NCBI GenBank assembly: GCA_047602765.1
Contig: JBLKOL010000002.1
Coordinates: 10,597-74,596, forward strand
Length of the DNA: 64,000 nucleotides
From: Candidatus Woesearchaeota archaeon
GTDB lineage: Archaea > Nanobdellota > Nanobdellia > Woesearchaeales > WAPJ01
Direction: 5' to 3'
Part shown: positions 9,426 to 18,806 of the stretch, in pieces
How the letters are laid out: each line of letters opens with the position of its first letter
Position numbering within the stretch: position 1 is the stretch's first letter
Position numbers and translations under genes: made by a program
The notes under the pieces: model-generated
The model's database searches: none
Seen by the model: the letters and a program-made list of their open reading frames with translations, nothing else
Told to the model about the DNA's origin: nothing

Positions 9426-11765
9426 ATGGTACGCGCATTCCTCGGTGAAGCGAACTCGAAGCGCTTCTCGTACGAACTCTCTAAACTCACACGGCATGCG
9501 GCGATCCTCGGGACGACGGGTTCGGGCAAGACGGTGATGGGCAAAGTCCTCATCGAAGAAGCCCTCGCCTCGGGCGTTCCGGTGATCGCCATCGATCCGA
9601 AGGGTGATCTCGGCTCGCTCGGGGTGGTGCATAAGGACTTCGACTTCCGTCCGTACGGCAAGCTCACTACGTCTCGCGCGCTCAAAGTGCGCGACCACTA
9701 CCGCCAAGCGAACATCCCATCAGGACTTGTGGATTCGCTCACGAAGGTTACGACGACGGTCTACACGCCAAAATCACAAGTGGGGCGTGCGGTGAATCTC
9801 ACGCCTGATCTCTCAGCGCCCAAGCGGTTCGCCCATCTCTCAGCGTCCAATCCGATCGCAGCCGCAGGATTCGTCGAGCCGATCGCCGCTTCGCTCCTCT
9901 CCCTTGCAGGGATCAGCGGGTCGCTCGAAGAACGTGCCGAGTCGTTCATCGCAGCGCTCATACTCCATTCGTGGAATGAGGGTCGTGATCTTGACATCCC
10001 TGCGCTCATCGCACACGTCAAGGATCCGATGATCGATGGTATCGGATCGCTGAGCGTCGGAGAAGTCGTATCGGATAAGGAGCGTACGCGTATCGCAGCT
10101 CAGCTCAATACGATCATCTCGTCTCCGGCCAAGCGCGCGTGGTCGCTCGGTGATCCGCTCGATATGGAGTCGATGCTCTCGAAAAAGACGCTTTCGGTCT
10201 TCGATCTTCGCTGGGCGACGAGCCAGTCTGATAAGCAGTACGTCGCTGAGCGTATCATGAGTGAATTGTATCGCGCACTGCTCAGCCGTGGAGGCTCTTC
10301 GAGGCTGCGTTACGTGCTCTATATCGATGAACTCGCAGGACTTCTCCCACCACCGCCGGCGAGCCCGCCGTCCAAGCGAGCCCTCGAACTCCTCGTACGA
10401 CAGGCGCGGGCCTTCGGTCTTGGTATCGTCGTAGCGACGCAGAACCCTGGTGATATCGATTCGCGTCTCTTCGGTAATATCGGAACGCGTTTCATCGGAC
10501 GCCTGCGTACGAGCATGGATATCGAGAAGGTTGCGATCGCCATGGACCTTCCTCCTTCACAGTTGCGCGAAGAGGTCTCGGCCTTGACGGCCGGAGGGTT
10601 CGTCGTGAACGATGCCGTCGACAATCGCATGAGCGTCTTACGCTGCCGTTGGCTCGCCTCGTTCCACGAAGGTCCGCTCAGCGAACGCGAGGTCGGATGG
10701 GTGAACGATGGTGCACCGGCACCGGCAGAGCCGCTTCCCAAGCCTTCACGGTCCGCTGCGGCTTCGAAGGATGCGAAGACGTCCGCGAAGGGTGCGAAGG
10801 GCCGGACGACAAGGGGCACGAACAAGAGCGGAGCAGGGAAAGCGGAGCCTTCGCGTATCGCCGGTAAGAACATCGTACGCGATGCGAAACGCGCGAAACA
10901 CACGACGGTTTCTCGTACGCAGCACCTTGCGCCTTCGGTGGACAAGCAGATCAAGAATCTGATCGGACTCGTCAAGAAGCATGCTGATGACGTACAGCTC
11001 AAGGTCGAGATATCCGAGCGACCTGCGCAGTCGTATACGCCACACCTGCGTCTTGTCGTAGCGCCCAAGCCGCTGCGCGGACTCGAGCTTCCGATCCAAG
11101 GACCGTTCGTCTTCGATATGACGAGTCGTCTCATCCCGATCGGAAACTACCTGAAGGGCAAGACGTTCTCAACGTACGTTCCATCCGATATCTCGATCGA
11201 GAAGCACGCGCGTTCGGTGATGAAGGCCGTAACCTATGCGCGTCACGAGGCGAAACGCGAACTCGCAGGTACGTTCTACGAGTCCAAGCTCACCGCCTTC
11301 GCATCACCATCACGTTCGGAGGTCGAGGATATGAACCACCGCTTCCTCTCTGAGGAGCTCACGCCGTTCTTGCGTCAGATCGATGCGAAGGCCCGGCGTG
11401 ATATCGACGATCTCAAGGCGCGTATCTCAGCCCTTCGGACCAAGCGTTCGAGCCTCAACCGCGAGCATACGATCCACCGCGCTCGTCGAGCCATGAGGCG
11501 CGTGCTCACCGATCAGAAGCTCAAGAAGCGTACGGCACAGATGCAAGAGCGCGAACGACGCATGGCGATGATCGACAAGGAGATCGCACAGCTCAAAAAA
11601 CGCATCGAAACAGTCAAAGAGCGCGCATCAGAGCAGAAGGAACGCCGCAAGGCACGCGTGTACGAGAAGGCGCACTCACAGGTACGCTCGATCCGCTATC
11701 GTCCGACGAACGACGATCTGCGCATCCACGCACAGGTGTTGCTCGTACGCAGCCGCGGACGATAA
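9426..11765 (+). CDS. HerA/FtsK-superfamily (DUF87-like) P-loop ATPase with C-terminal basic coiled coil
   Basis: HAAILGTTGSGKT (Walker A), IAIDPKGD, LYIDE (Walker B), RQARAFGLGIVVATQNPGDID. ATG 9426 is preferred because CTTATA lies ~25 nt upstream. Confidence 0.85.
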   Translation: MVRAFLGEANSKRFSYELSKLTRHAAILGTTGSGKTVMGKVLIEEALASGVPVIAIDPKGDLGSLGVVHKDFDFRPYGKLTTSRALKVRDHYRQANIPSGLVDSLTKVTTTVYTPKSQVGRAVNLTPDLSAPKRFAHLSASNPIAAAGFVEPIAASLLSLAGISGSLEERAESFIAALILHSWNEGRDLDIPALIAHVKDPMIDGIGSLSVGEVVSDKERTRIAAQLNTIISSPAKRAWSLGDPLDMESMLSKKTLSVFDLRWATSQSDKQYVAERIMSELYRALLSRGGSSRLRYVLYIDELAGLLPPPPASPPSKRALELLVRQARAFGLGIVVATQNPGDIDSRLFGNIGTRFIGRLRTSMDIEKVAIAMDLPPSQLREEVSALTAGGFVVNDAVDNRMSVLRCRWLASFHEGPLSEREVGWVNDGAPAPAEPLPKPSRSAAASKDAKTSAKGAKGRTTRGTNKSGAGKAEPSRIAGKNIVRDAKRAKHTTVSRTQHLAPSVDKQIKNLIGLVKKHADDVQLKVEISERPAQSYTPHLRLVVAPKPLRGLELPIQGPFVFDMTSRLIPIGNYLKGKTFSTYVPSDISIEKHARSVMKAVTYARHEAKRELAGTFYESKLTAFASPSRSEVEDMNHRFLSEELTPFLRQIDAKARRDIDDLKARISALRTKRSSLNREHTIHRARRAMRRVLTDQKLKKRTAQMQERERRMAMIDKEIAQLKKRIETVKERASEQKERRKARVYEKAHSQVRSIRYRPTNDDLRIHAQVLLVRSRGR

Positions 11766-11863
11766 CCAGAGCACGCTCTGCTCGAAGCGCTCTCGCTCGG
11801 TGAAACCATCACGTCGGATCATCACGCAGAGATTCTTAAGGAACTCCCGTCATCCGAAAGCGT

Positions 11864-12280
11864 ATGGCTCGATTCGTCGACATCGAAACGCCCTACTCAG
11901 CAAGGAGCGACGAGGAAATCAGAAGGAATCTCCTCTATGCAAGAGCGTGCATGAGAGATAGCATGCTGCGCGAAGAGATCCCGTTCGCGTCACACCTCAT
12001 CTACACCCAGCCAGGGATCCTCGACGACGAAGTCCCGCACGAGAGGGATCTGGGGATCATCGCCGGCAAAGAACTGATCGAAGCGCTTCCCGGAGTCGTC
12101 ACCGTAGTCTACCAGGACCTCGGGATCTCTTCGGGGATGCAGTTCGGGATCGACCGTGCACACGAACAGGGAAGAAGAGTGGAGTATAGAACGCTCAGAG
12201 ACGATTGGGAAGCGAACGAACGCGAAATCGCAGCGAAGCACGCTCATGCGCATCTGTGGGGCCTCGACGCAGAACGCTAA
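11864..12280 (+). CDS. Small protein of the phage-associated SPY...ASHL.Y...GIS.GM family (nucleoside deoxyribosyltransferase-like fold, DUF4406-like)
   Basis: ETPYS...NLLYARACMRDS...PFASHLIYTQPGILDD...ER.LGI...VYQDLGISSGM...VEYR. Confidence 0.7.
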   Translation: MARFVDIETPYSARSDEEIRRNLLYARACMRDSMLREEIPFASHLIYTQPGILDDEVPHERDLGIIAGKELIEALPGVVTVVYQDLGISSGMQFGIDRAHEQGRRVEYRTLRDDWEANEREIAAKHAHAHLWGLDAER

Positions 12281-12400
12281 GATCTATCGGAGCGTGTTCT
12301 CCTCAGCACACCGATACACAGGTTCTGTGTTCGCGATGAAGCGTTCCTTCTTTCCGGTGGCAGCAAAGCATATTTGAATGGCGAGCGGCTTAGGAGTCGT

Positions 12401-12700
12401 ATGGCGGATGCGTTCCACATGCACGCAGGCGGTTCGTTCGACGATATCGACTCGTTCGAGCTCGCACTCATCCATATGGACGAACACGTCTTCGCCCATC
12501 ATACCGACGGGCGCAACGACTTCGCGAGTTGGGTTGAGAGTTCGCTCAAAAAGCCGCTTCTCGCCGCGCTCCTGCGCGAATGCCGCAGTGCTCATGAAAT
12601 GGCGATGGTACTCGAGACCTATCAGCTCGTAAGCCAAGCACCCGAACAAGAGGTGCTCGTCTCTGATGTCGTGCGTCGGCTCGTCGGACGATTCTCATAA
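12401..12700 (+). CDS. Stand-alone DUF5752-like domain protein
   Basis: AFHMHAGG...MDEHVFAHH...RNDFASWVESSL...LAALL. ATG 12401 is preceded by AGGAG. Confidence 0.7.
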   Translation: MADAFHMHAGGSFDDIDSFELALIHMDEHVFAHHTDGRNDFASWVESSLKKPLLAALLRECRSAHEMAMVLETYQLVSQAPEQEVLVSDVVRRLVGRFS

Positions 12701-12771
12701 CAACATATTTAAACGGATGTCTGATTGGTCTGCACGGGGATTCCAGGGTCGCGGCTCCTCACGTGATACTC

Positions 12772-14337
12772 ATGACAGCAGGCGGATTCGTACTACACGA
12801 CGGAAGACAGGTGCATTCGATCTCAGAGCTCGTATCCGTGCTCGAATCGATGGATCCTACTACGTATGCTCACTATTGTAACGAGTACAAGAACGATTTC
12901 GCGTCGTGGATCCGCACGGCGTTGCACGAGTCCCAACTCGCCGATATTCTCGAAGAGACACAGAATCGTGAAGCTGCGATCAGCGTTCTGCGCACGTACG
13001 TGAGACTCCACGCTCCAGAGGACCCGTTCCGGGTCGAACACTCCGAATCGGATCGCAAGAAGTTCTTCTTCCACAAGAAGCCATCCCGCTCTGAGCCAGA
13101 TGACCCTGCACGTGTCGCACCGCCTGAACCTCCACAACCCGTCTCGATGGACAAGCAGATGTTCAAGGAAGCCGACATAAGGTTCGAACCCGAGCAGCCG
13201 ACACAACCGGTACAGGAACCAACCCCTCCGGCAGAGCCGCAGCCGACACCACCACCAGTTCAACCCTCTCCACCACCTGTAGGCAGCAATCCTGATGCTC
13301 CGTACGAGCCGCACGCCGCGAAGGGCGCTACGCAGTTCACGGATTCCGGAGAAGAGGTACTCACCGAGACCGTGGTCGAAGAGTATGCTGAGACGCTCCA
13401 TGCCATGCGCTCTGAGATCAACAAGGTCTTCATCGGTCAGGAGGAGATCGTCGAACAGGTGCTCTTGTGCCTCATGTGCGATTCCCATTCGCTCCTCGAA
13501 GGAGTACCTGGACTTGCGAAGTCGCTCCTCGTAGAGACGCTCACGCACGTCGTCGACGGGACGAAGTTCAACCGTATCCAGTTCATCCCCGACCTGCTCC
13601 CTTCAGATGTCATCGGAGGTCAGATCTACAATCCGAAGACGCAGGAGTTCACTGTTATCAAAGGTCCGATCTTCGCGAATTTCGTGCTCGCAGACGAGAT
13701 CAACCGTGCCCCTCCCAAGACACACGCAGCGGTCATGGAGGCGATGCAGGAGAAGAAGATCAACATCGACAAGGAGGAGTTCGACCTCGACCCGCCCTTC
13801 CTCATCATCGCAACACAGAATCCGCTCGAGAACAAGGGAACGTACGAGCTTCCCGAGGCCGTTCTCGACAGGTTCATGTTCAAGCTCGATCTCGACTACC
13901 CGTCGCGCAAAGATGAGAAGATCATCATCACCGAGAACGCTACGACGAAGAAGTACGAGAAGCAGGCGGTCCAGAAGGTCGTCACCAAAGAGCGCTTCTT
14001 GCAGATGCAGCGCAACGTGAAGAACGTGTACCTCTCTGAGCGTATCCGTGACTACATCCTCGACCTCGTAGAAGCCACTCGTGGTATCAATAAGGACATC
14101 GAAGGATACCAGTTCGTCAAGTACGGTGCTGGTCCGCGTGCGTCGATCTACCTCGGTATCGGTGCGAAGGCTCGTGCGATCATGCAAGGCCGAAACTACG
14201 TCTTGCCCGACGATGTGAATTTCGTGGCGAAGCCGATCATGAGGCATCGCGTCGCGCTCAACTTCAAAGGTAAGGCTCACGGTATCAAGTCGGATCGCAT
14301 CGTCGAGGAGATCCTTCATAAGGTCACGACTCTTTGA
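12772..14337 (+). CDS. moxR: MoxR-family AAA+ ATPase with N-terminal DUF5752-like domain and Pro-rich linker
   Basis: LLEGVPGLAKS, RIQFIPDLLPSD, LADEINRAPPK, ATQNPLENKGTYELPEAVLDRF, GAGPRAS. The N-terminus reads FVLHDG...SISEL...KNDFASWI...LADIL. Confidence 0.93.
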   Translation: MTAGGFVLHDGRQVHSISELVSVLESMDPTTYAHYCNEYKNDFASWIRTALHESQLADILEETQNREAAISVLRTYVRLHAPEDPFRVEHSESDRKKFFFHKKPSRSEPDDPARVAPPEPPQPVSMDKQMFKEADIRFEPEQPTQPVQEPTPPAEPQPTPPPVQPSPPPVGSNPDAPYEPHAAKGATQFTDSGEEVLTETVVEEYAETLHAMRSEINKVFIGQEEIVEQVLLCLMCDSHSLLEGVPGLAKSLLVETLTHVVDGTKFNRIQFIPDLLPSDVIGGQIYNPKTQEFTVIKGPIFANFVLADEINRAPPKTHAAVMEAMQEKKINIDKEEFDLDPPFLIIATQNPLENKGTYELPEAVLDRFMFKLDLDYPSRKDEKIIITENATTKKYEKQAVQKVVTKERFLQMQRNVKNVYLSERIRDYILDLVEATRGINKDIEGYQFVKYGAGPRASIYLGIGAKARAIMQGRNYVLPDDVNFVAKPIMRHRVALNFKGKAHGIKSDRIVEEILHKVTTL

Positions 14338-14345
14338 GGGAACGC

Positions 14346-15245
14346 ATGGAGAAGAATGATTCGAGCATTCCGGTCAACATGTTCGATTTCGAAACGCTCA
14401 TGCGCGAGACGGTACGCGAGTCCGTCAAGCTCCTCGAATACTTCCGCCTCAGCCTCATCTACTACCAGCTCGTATCGGGTAAGGGTCTTGAGTTCGACCG
14501 TATCCGCGAGTACCACCCCGGTGCCGATCCGCGTCGTATCGACTGGAAGATCTTCGCCAAACGAGGAGAGCTCAAGATCCGCGCGTTCAAGGAAGAACGC
14601 CATTTCGACATCATTATCGTGCTCGACGTTTCGGATACGATGCTTCTGGGTACGACGTCGATGACCAAGAACGAGTATGCTGCGATCGTGGCCGGAGCGT
14701 TGACGTTCGCGGCGATCGAAGCGTCGGATAACGTGGGGCTCGTGATGAACTCTTCGAAGGTTTCGCTCGCTACGGATCCGACATCGGATTTCGCCAAGAT
14801 CATGGCGGAGGTCGCGAACACGGATAACTATGGTGGCGAGAAGGACTGGGATAATCTCGTGCTCAACCTCACCGGTAACTACACGGAGGATTCGATCGTC
14901 TTTGTGATATCGGATTTCATCGATACGAATCCCGAACGGTTCTTGCCCGAACTCTCAGGCCACTTCACGAAGGTATATGGTATCATGGTCCGTGATCCTT
15001 CGGATAACGAGATCCCCCCAGGTGTGGGACGCATGTACCTTCAGGATGCCGGTGGCAAGAAGATGTACCTCACGGACTTGGACCACGTGCGCGAGGAGTA
15101 CGCACTGCTCGCTCGCCGGCAGATCGATCTGATACGCGATTCGTTCCACAGCTACGACCAGCTCTTCTTCGAGATCACGACGCTCGGAGAGTTCGCTGAG
15201 GAGTTCATCAAAGCCCTCGGATCCGAAGAGGTGATCGTATCGTAA
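14346..15245 (+). CDS. DUF58 domain protein (vWA-like MoxR partner)
   Basis: GKGLEFDRIREYHPGADPRRIDWK...FKEER...VLDVSDTM...VISDF. Confidence 0.9.
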   Translation: MEKNDSSIPVNMFDFETLMRETVRESVKLLEYFRLSLIYYQLVSGKGLEFDRIREYHPGADPRRIDWKIFAKRGELKIRAFKEERHFDIIIVLDVSDTMLLGTTSMTKNEYAAIVAGALTFAAIEASDNVGLVMNSSKVSLATDPTSDFAKIMAEVANTDNYGGEKDWDNLVLNLTGNYTEDSIVFVISDFIDTNPERFLPELSGHFTKVYGIMVRDPSDNEIPPGVGRMYLQDAGGKKMYLTDLDHVREEYALLARRQIDLIRDSFHSYDQLFFEITTLGEFAEEFIKALGSEEVIVS

Positions 15246-15265
15246 CCGCACAACTCGGAGGATTC

Positions 15266-16216
15266 GTGCTCGACCTGTACAATCCGTTCGAGAACCTCAT
15301 GCTCCTCGTCTTGCTCTTGGTATTCACCACGCTCGCCTTCTACAGTTTCACGTTCCTGCGTAAGAAGCGCGCGTCGCGCTTCGGGAACATCAAGACGCTC
15401 GAACGCGTCCACGGCTTCAAACGCTTCCACATCTCTCCGGGCATCTTGATCATCAAGCTCTTCGTGGTAAGCCTGCTCTTTCTCGTCGCGACGGATTCGG
15501 TGCAGGTCTCGCGGTTCCAGCCGACTGCTGATACGGATTACGTCCTCTTGCTCGACACGTCTCCTTCGATGACCCAGACGGATCTCAATCCGAGCAGGCT
15601 CGGAGCAGCTAAGAACATCGCAACCGACTGGCTCAGAGTCGTTCCCAACGGAACCCGTGTGGGCCTCGTATCCTACAGTCGCGAACTCGGATCCACGGTA
15701 GACCCGACGTTCAACAAGGAGCATATCCGCTCCGAGATCGCTCGTGTGGAGGTCGATCTCAACCAGACGGATACGTCTCCGGATTTCGCCATCCAATACG
15801 CTACGAACATGCTCAACGATTCTACGAACAAACGCGCGGTGCTCCTCTTCACCGATGGAACGCAACCGGTTGATCCTTCGACCATCCGTCTCGCCCAGAA
15901 CCTGAACGTTCGTATCTATGCGTTCGGTATCGGAACCGAAGAGACGCGCGAGTTCGACCTCTCGGACATCCCCGAAGAGTTGTGGGATACGTTCGATCGC
16001 CTCGAGTTCAACTTCTCACGCCTCCAATCCCTCTCCGAAGCGACGAACGGAACCGCATACCACATCGGCAGCCAAGACGACCTTCGCCAAGCCTTCCGCG
16101 ATGCGACGTACGAGGAAGCGGCTATCCAACTCAACAGCGCCTTCTACGTGCTCATCCTCATAGCCCTCATTTCGATCCTCGAACTCTTCGTCTACGCACA
16201 CTTGGGTGGAATCTAA
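15266..16216 (+). CDS. Membrane-anchored vWA domain protein (BatA/BatB-like)
   Basis: Two N-terminal TM segments, MIDAS LLDTSPSM, RLGAAK, LFTDG, IYAFGIGT and a C-terminal TM. Confidence 0.9.
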   Translation: MLDLYNPFENLMLLVLLLVFTTLAFYSFTFLRKKRASRFGNIKTLERVHGFKRFHISPGILIIKLFVVSLLFLVATDSVQVSRFQPTADTDYVLLLDTSPSMTQTDLNPSRLGAAKNIATDWLRVVPNGTRVGLVSYSRELGSTVDPTFNKEHIRSEIARVEVDLNQTDTSPDFAIQYATNMLNDSTNKRAVLLFTDGTQPVDPSTIRLAQNLNVRIYAFGIGTEETREFDLSDIPEELWDTFDRLEFNFSRLQSLSEATNGTAYHIGSQDDLRQAFRDATYEEAAIQLNSAFYVLILIALISILELFVYAHLGGI

Positions 16217-16243
16217 CATCTTTGAACGTCACGCAGTCCCCCT

Positions 16244-16494
16244 ATGGTATCTTTCGACAACCGGATGCTACGCTTGAGGAGCGCGCTGAGAAGCTGAGAT
16301 TCTACTTCAGGGATACGCGCACAGGCGAGAAGTGTGAGGGCACGGTCACGATCGACGAGTCGCTCCGGCTGATCGGCGTTCCCGATGAGTTCACCCACTT
16401 CCATCTTCTCCCCGAATACGTCCAAGACGTGCTCAGAGCCTCCTATGAAGCAGCGATCGATTCGGGATGGTATATTCCTAACGAAACGACGTAG
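16244..16494 (+). CDS. Small hypothetical protein, start codon out of frame (possible 1-nt deletion)
   Basis: The coding-like frame GIFRQPDATLEERAEKLRFYF...WYIPNETT* has no in-frame ATG. ATG 16244 is off by one base, and an in-frame TTG at 16222 is an alternative start. Confidence 0.45.
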
Positions 16495-16582
16495 ATCCAC
16501 ATTCCTCGTAGTCGCACTCTCATGCCCGTAGCATCTGCGCGAACAGGGAACGTTCTTAAGCCGTATCAGCGCAACCAATGGT

Positions 16583-17137
16583 ATGCTCGCTCGGCGTGTG
16601 CTTGCAGGATTGATGGTCGCTTCGTTCGTCTTTCTTCTCATAACCGTCTTCGTGATAGCGGCTCGTATGGATGAGGCGAACCGGCTCGACCCGCTCGAAC
16701 TCGAGACGATGACGCACGATCAGATCATCGCTCGCGTCTATGAGGTGAACGGACGCTCGACGCTCGGACGCTCTTTCCTGATGCCTGCCTTCGGTTTTTT
16801 CGGCGTGGTTGTGGGTGCGATCGCCTACTTCCTCCTCGAAGGGCACCAATCCAAGAGTCGGAGCGATGATCGGGCTGTGCTCACGCTCGTGCGCGGTATG
16901 CTCTCGGATCAAGAACGCCAGGTGTTCGATCTTCTCAGGACTCGGGGTTCGCTCTTCCAATCGGAAGTATCATCCATGAAGGGATTCACGAAGGTCAAGG
17001 CGCACCGAGTCATCTCGGATCTCGAACGCAAGGGCATCGTGACCCGTACGGCTGCGGGCAAACAGCGCGTCATCCGGCTCCACACCGCGCTCGCTGCGCT
17101 CATAGAAGAGGTTCACGACGATGGTTTCACGAGATGA
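16583..17137 (+). CDS. Membrane-anchored winged-HTH transcriptional regulator
   Basis: Two TM helices, then LSDQERQVFDLL...GSLFQSEV...FTKVKAHRVISDLERKGIV.R...GKQRVIRL. Confidence 0.85.
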   Translation: MLARRVLAGLMVASFVFLLITVFVIAARMDEANRLDPLELETMTHDQIIARVYEVNGRSTLGRSFLMPAFGFFGVVVGAIAYFLLEGHQSKSRSDDRAVLTLVRGMLSDQERQVFDLLRTRGSLFQSEVSSMKGFTKVKAHRVISDLERKGIVTRTAAGKQRVIRLHTALAALIEEVHDDGFTR

Positions 17138-17172
17138 TACGATGGTTTCACGAAAGGTTACGTATGGTTTCA
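17118..17172 (+). repeat. Three phased direct repeats ATGGTTTCA (probable regulator binding sites)
   Basis: Copies start at 17121, 17142 and 17164 (21 and 22 bp spacing). The first two extend to an identical 15-mer, ACGATGGTTTCACGA. Confidence 0.8.
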
Positions 17173-17228
17173 GGCATAAGAAGGGGTGTGGTGAACCTCG
17201 AACGAGGGGATCTACGGAGGAACAGCAC

Positions 17229-17624
17229 ATGAAGACAACAACGGTATTCGCAACAGCTCTGGGAGCCGTGCTCGTGCTCAGCATGGCATCGCTCGCCGTA
17301 GCAGCCTTCGGGAACGGAAACGGAGCGAACTATGATGCTGATGTGCACGAAGCGCTCGTCGAAGCGATGGAGCAAGGCGATTTCGAGTCGTGGCGTACGA
17401 TCCGCAAGGAGAACGGCCTGCCGATGCGCGGCAGGGTGCTCACGAACATCGATGCTGAGAACTTCGAGCGGTTCGTCCAGATGCGACGCGCCTACCACGA
17501 AGGAGATGTCGATCGGGCCTCTGAGTTGCGCGAGGAATTGCGCGGCGAGAGGCTCCAGCAACATTCGCAGCAGCTCCGAAAGAGGCTCCAGAAACGCATG
17601 GGAGCATGCGGTGCGTGGAACTGA
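17229..17624 (+). CDS. Secreted small alpha-helical protein
   Basis: GGAGG at 17216-17220; signal peptide MKTTTVFATALGAVLVLSMASLAVAA; motif AMEQGDFESW...ENFERF..M...GD...A.ELREEL. Confidence 0.8.
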   Translation: MKTTTVFATALGAVLVLSMASLAVAAFGNGNGANYDADVHEALVEAMEQGDFESWRTIRKENGLPMRGRVLTNIDAENFERFVQMRRAYHEGDVDRASELREELRGERLQQHSQQLRKRLQKRMGACGAWN

Positions 17625-17678
17625 ACAGACAGCAAAACCATTTAAACCCCTTTCTTCCTGTTCGTCATAGGTGTTCCG

Positions 17679-18110
17679 ATGGCCCTCTATATGACGTGGA
17701 TGGATGCGATCCTGCTCGCACTGCTCCTGCTCTTTGCCGGCTTTCTCGGATTCTTCGTTCGTAGGCTCTGGGTCTGGGAGGTGAAGATCCAAGACCAGCT
17801 CGAACAGTTGCGTACCGAAACGCGGCTTGCGGACATGTTCTCGGGTCAGGGAACCTCTGAGAACGTCTTTGCGCTCGCGAATAACCTCTTCCGGACGGTC
17901 AAACAACAGTTCAAGCTCGAAGCCACTTCGTATACCCAGGTCATCCGCGAGCTCGAACACGCTCATATCTCGACGGACCTTCGCGAGGCGCTCATCGACT
18001 TCTTCGAACACATGGTTCTCATCTCGTATAAGGATCATGAAGTCTCAGGCCAGGAACGCGAGCAACTCAAGTCCAAGATACGCTTGATCATGAAGAAAAT
18101 CGAGACGTAA
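17679..18110 (+). CDS. Hypothetical protein with N-terminal TM helix
   Basis: Coding-like ORF with TTTAAA upstream and a hydrophobic N-terminus. Confidence 0.75.
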   Translation: MALYMTWMDAILLALLLLFAGFLGFFVRRLWVWEVKIQDQLEQLRTETRLADMFSGQGTSENVFALANNLFRTVKQQFKLEATSYTQVIRELEHAHISTDLREALIDFFEHMVLISYKDHEVSGQEREQLKSKIRLIMKKIET

Positions 18111-18605
18111 GGCTTCCGAGCTGATTGGTTTACGCGTCTTGAGGATCGGGTGTTCATCGATGCTCTGTGCGCGAAGTTCGTTCTATCCGGGGAAGTGGAT
18201 GGAACTCGCCGGTAGACTAATCTGCTCATCCCTCCTTTTATCGGATGGCTTTCGATCGCCGCTCTCCGAGCTGGCTCTATCGGATACTCGTTTGCGCAGA
18301 TCGGGGAATCTCGATTGCTTATCGACTGAAGGCGTCTCACAAGTGTGGTTCTCGATAGAGGTGGATGTGCTCTACCGGGCCGATGAGGCGATCCTGCTGA
18401 TGTCGGTACGAGTTGAGAGTAGACCGGGAGGACGTGCGCATCGGCCCAACTCTATCATACCGGAACAGAACCACACGTGGGTTTGTGAAGTGGCGGTCAC
18501 GAGGTGCCGCATCGTTTGCGCTGCCTGCTCCTGCGCAGGGTACTCGAGTGGATGTCATCACGTGGATGAGCGGCCGGTCAACCGAGGCTCGTACGCACCT
18601 ACCCT

Positions 18606-18806
18606 TCAGAATAACGGTACGACGTTAGCTATGACGAGGATCGTGTAGGTTACGAGTCCGACTTCGACTGCGATGATCAGGTACTCCCACCATGCGAATG
18701 AGAGTTTCGGTCGCTCTTCGTCTTTAGGTGATGCTCCTGCTTTTCCGTAGAACCCTCCTTTGACGTCGGTGTCGAAGAGATCCGGTTTGTCGTCGTAGAA
18801 TCCCAT
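18606..18806 (-). CDS. Small membrane protein
   Basis: Starts immediately after the stop of the 817-aa gene; GGAGG upstream; C-terminal TM. Confidence 0.7.
   Translation of the reverse strand: MGFYDDKPDLFDTDVKGGFYGKAGASPKDEERPKLSFAWWEYLIIAVEVGLVTYTILVIANVVPLF

Noticed and set aside
17118..17172. Possible mini-CRISPR array
   Set aside because: The repeats are only 9-15 bp with 6-13 bp gaps, and there are no cas genes.
18111..18600. Short ORFs on both strands in a 0.5-kb gap
   Set aside because: No frame is consistently coding-like. It may be a decayed gene, but I cannot support a call.
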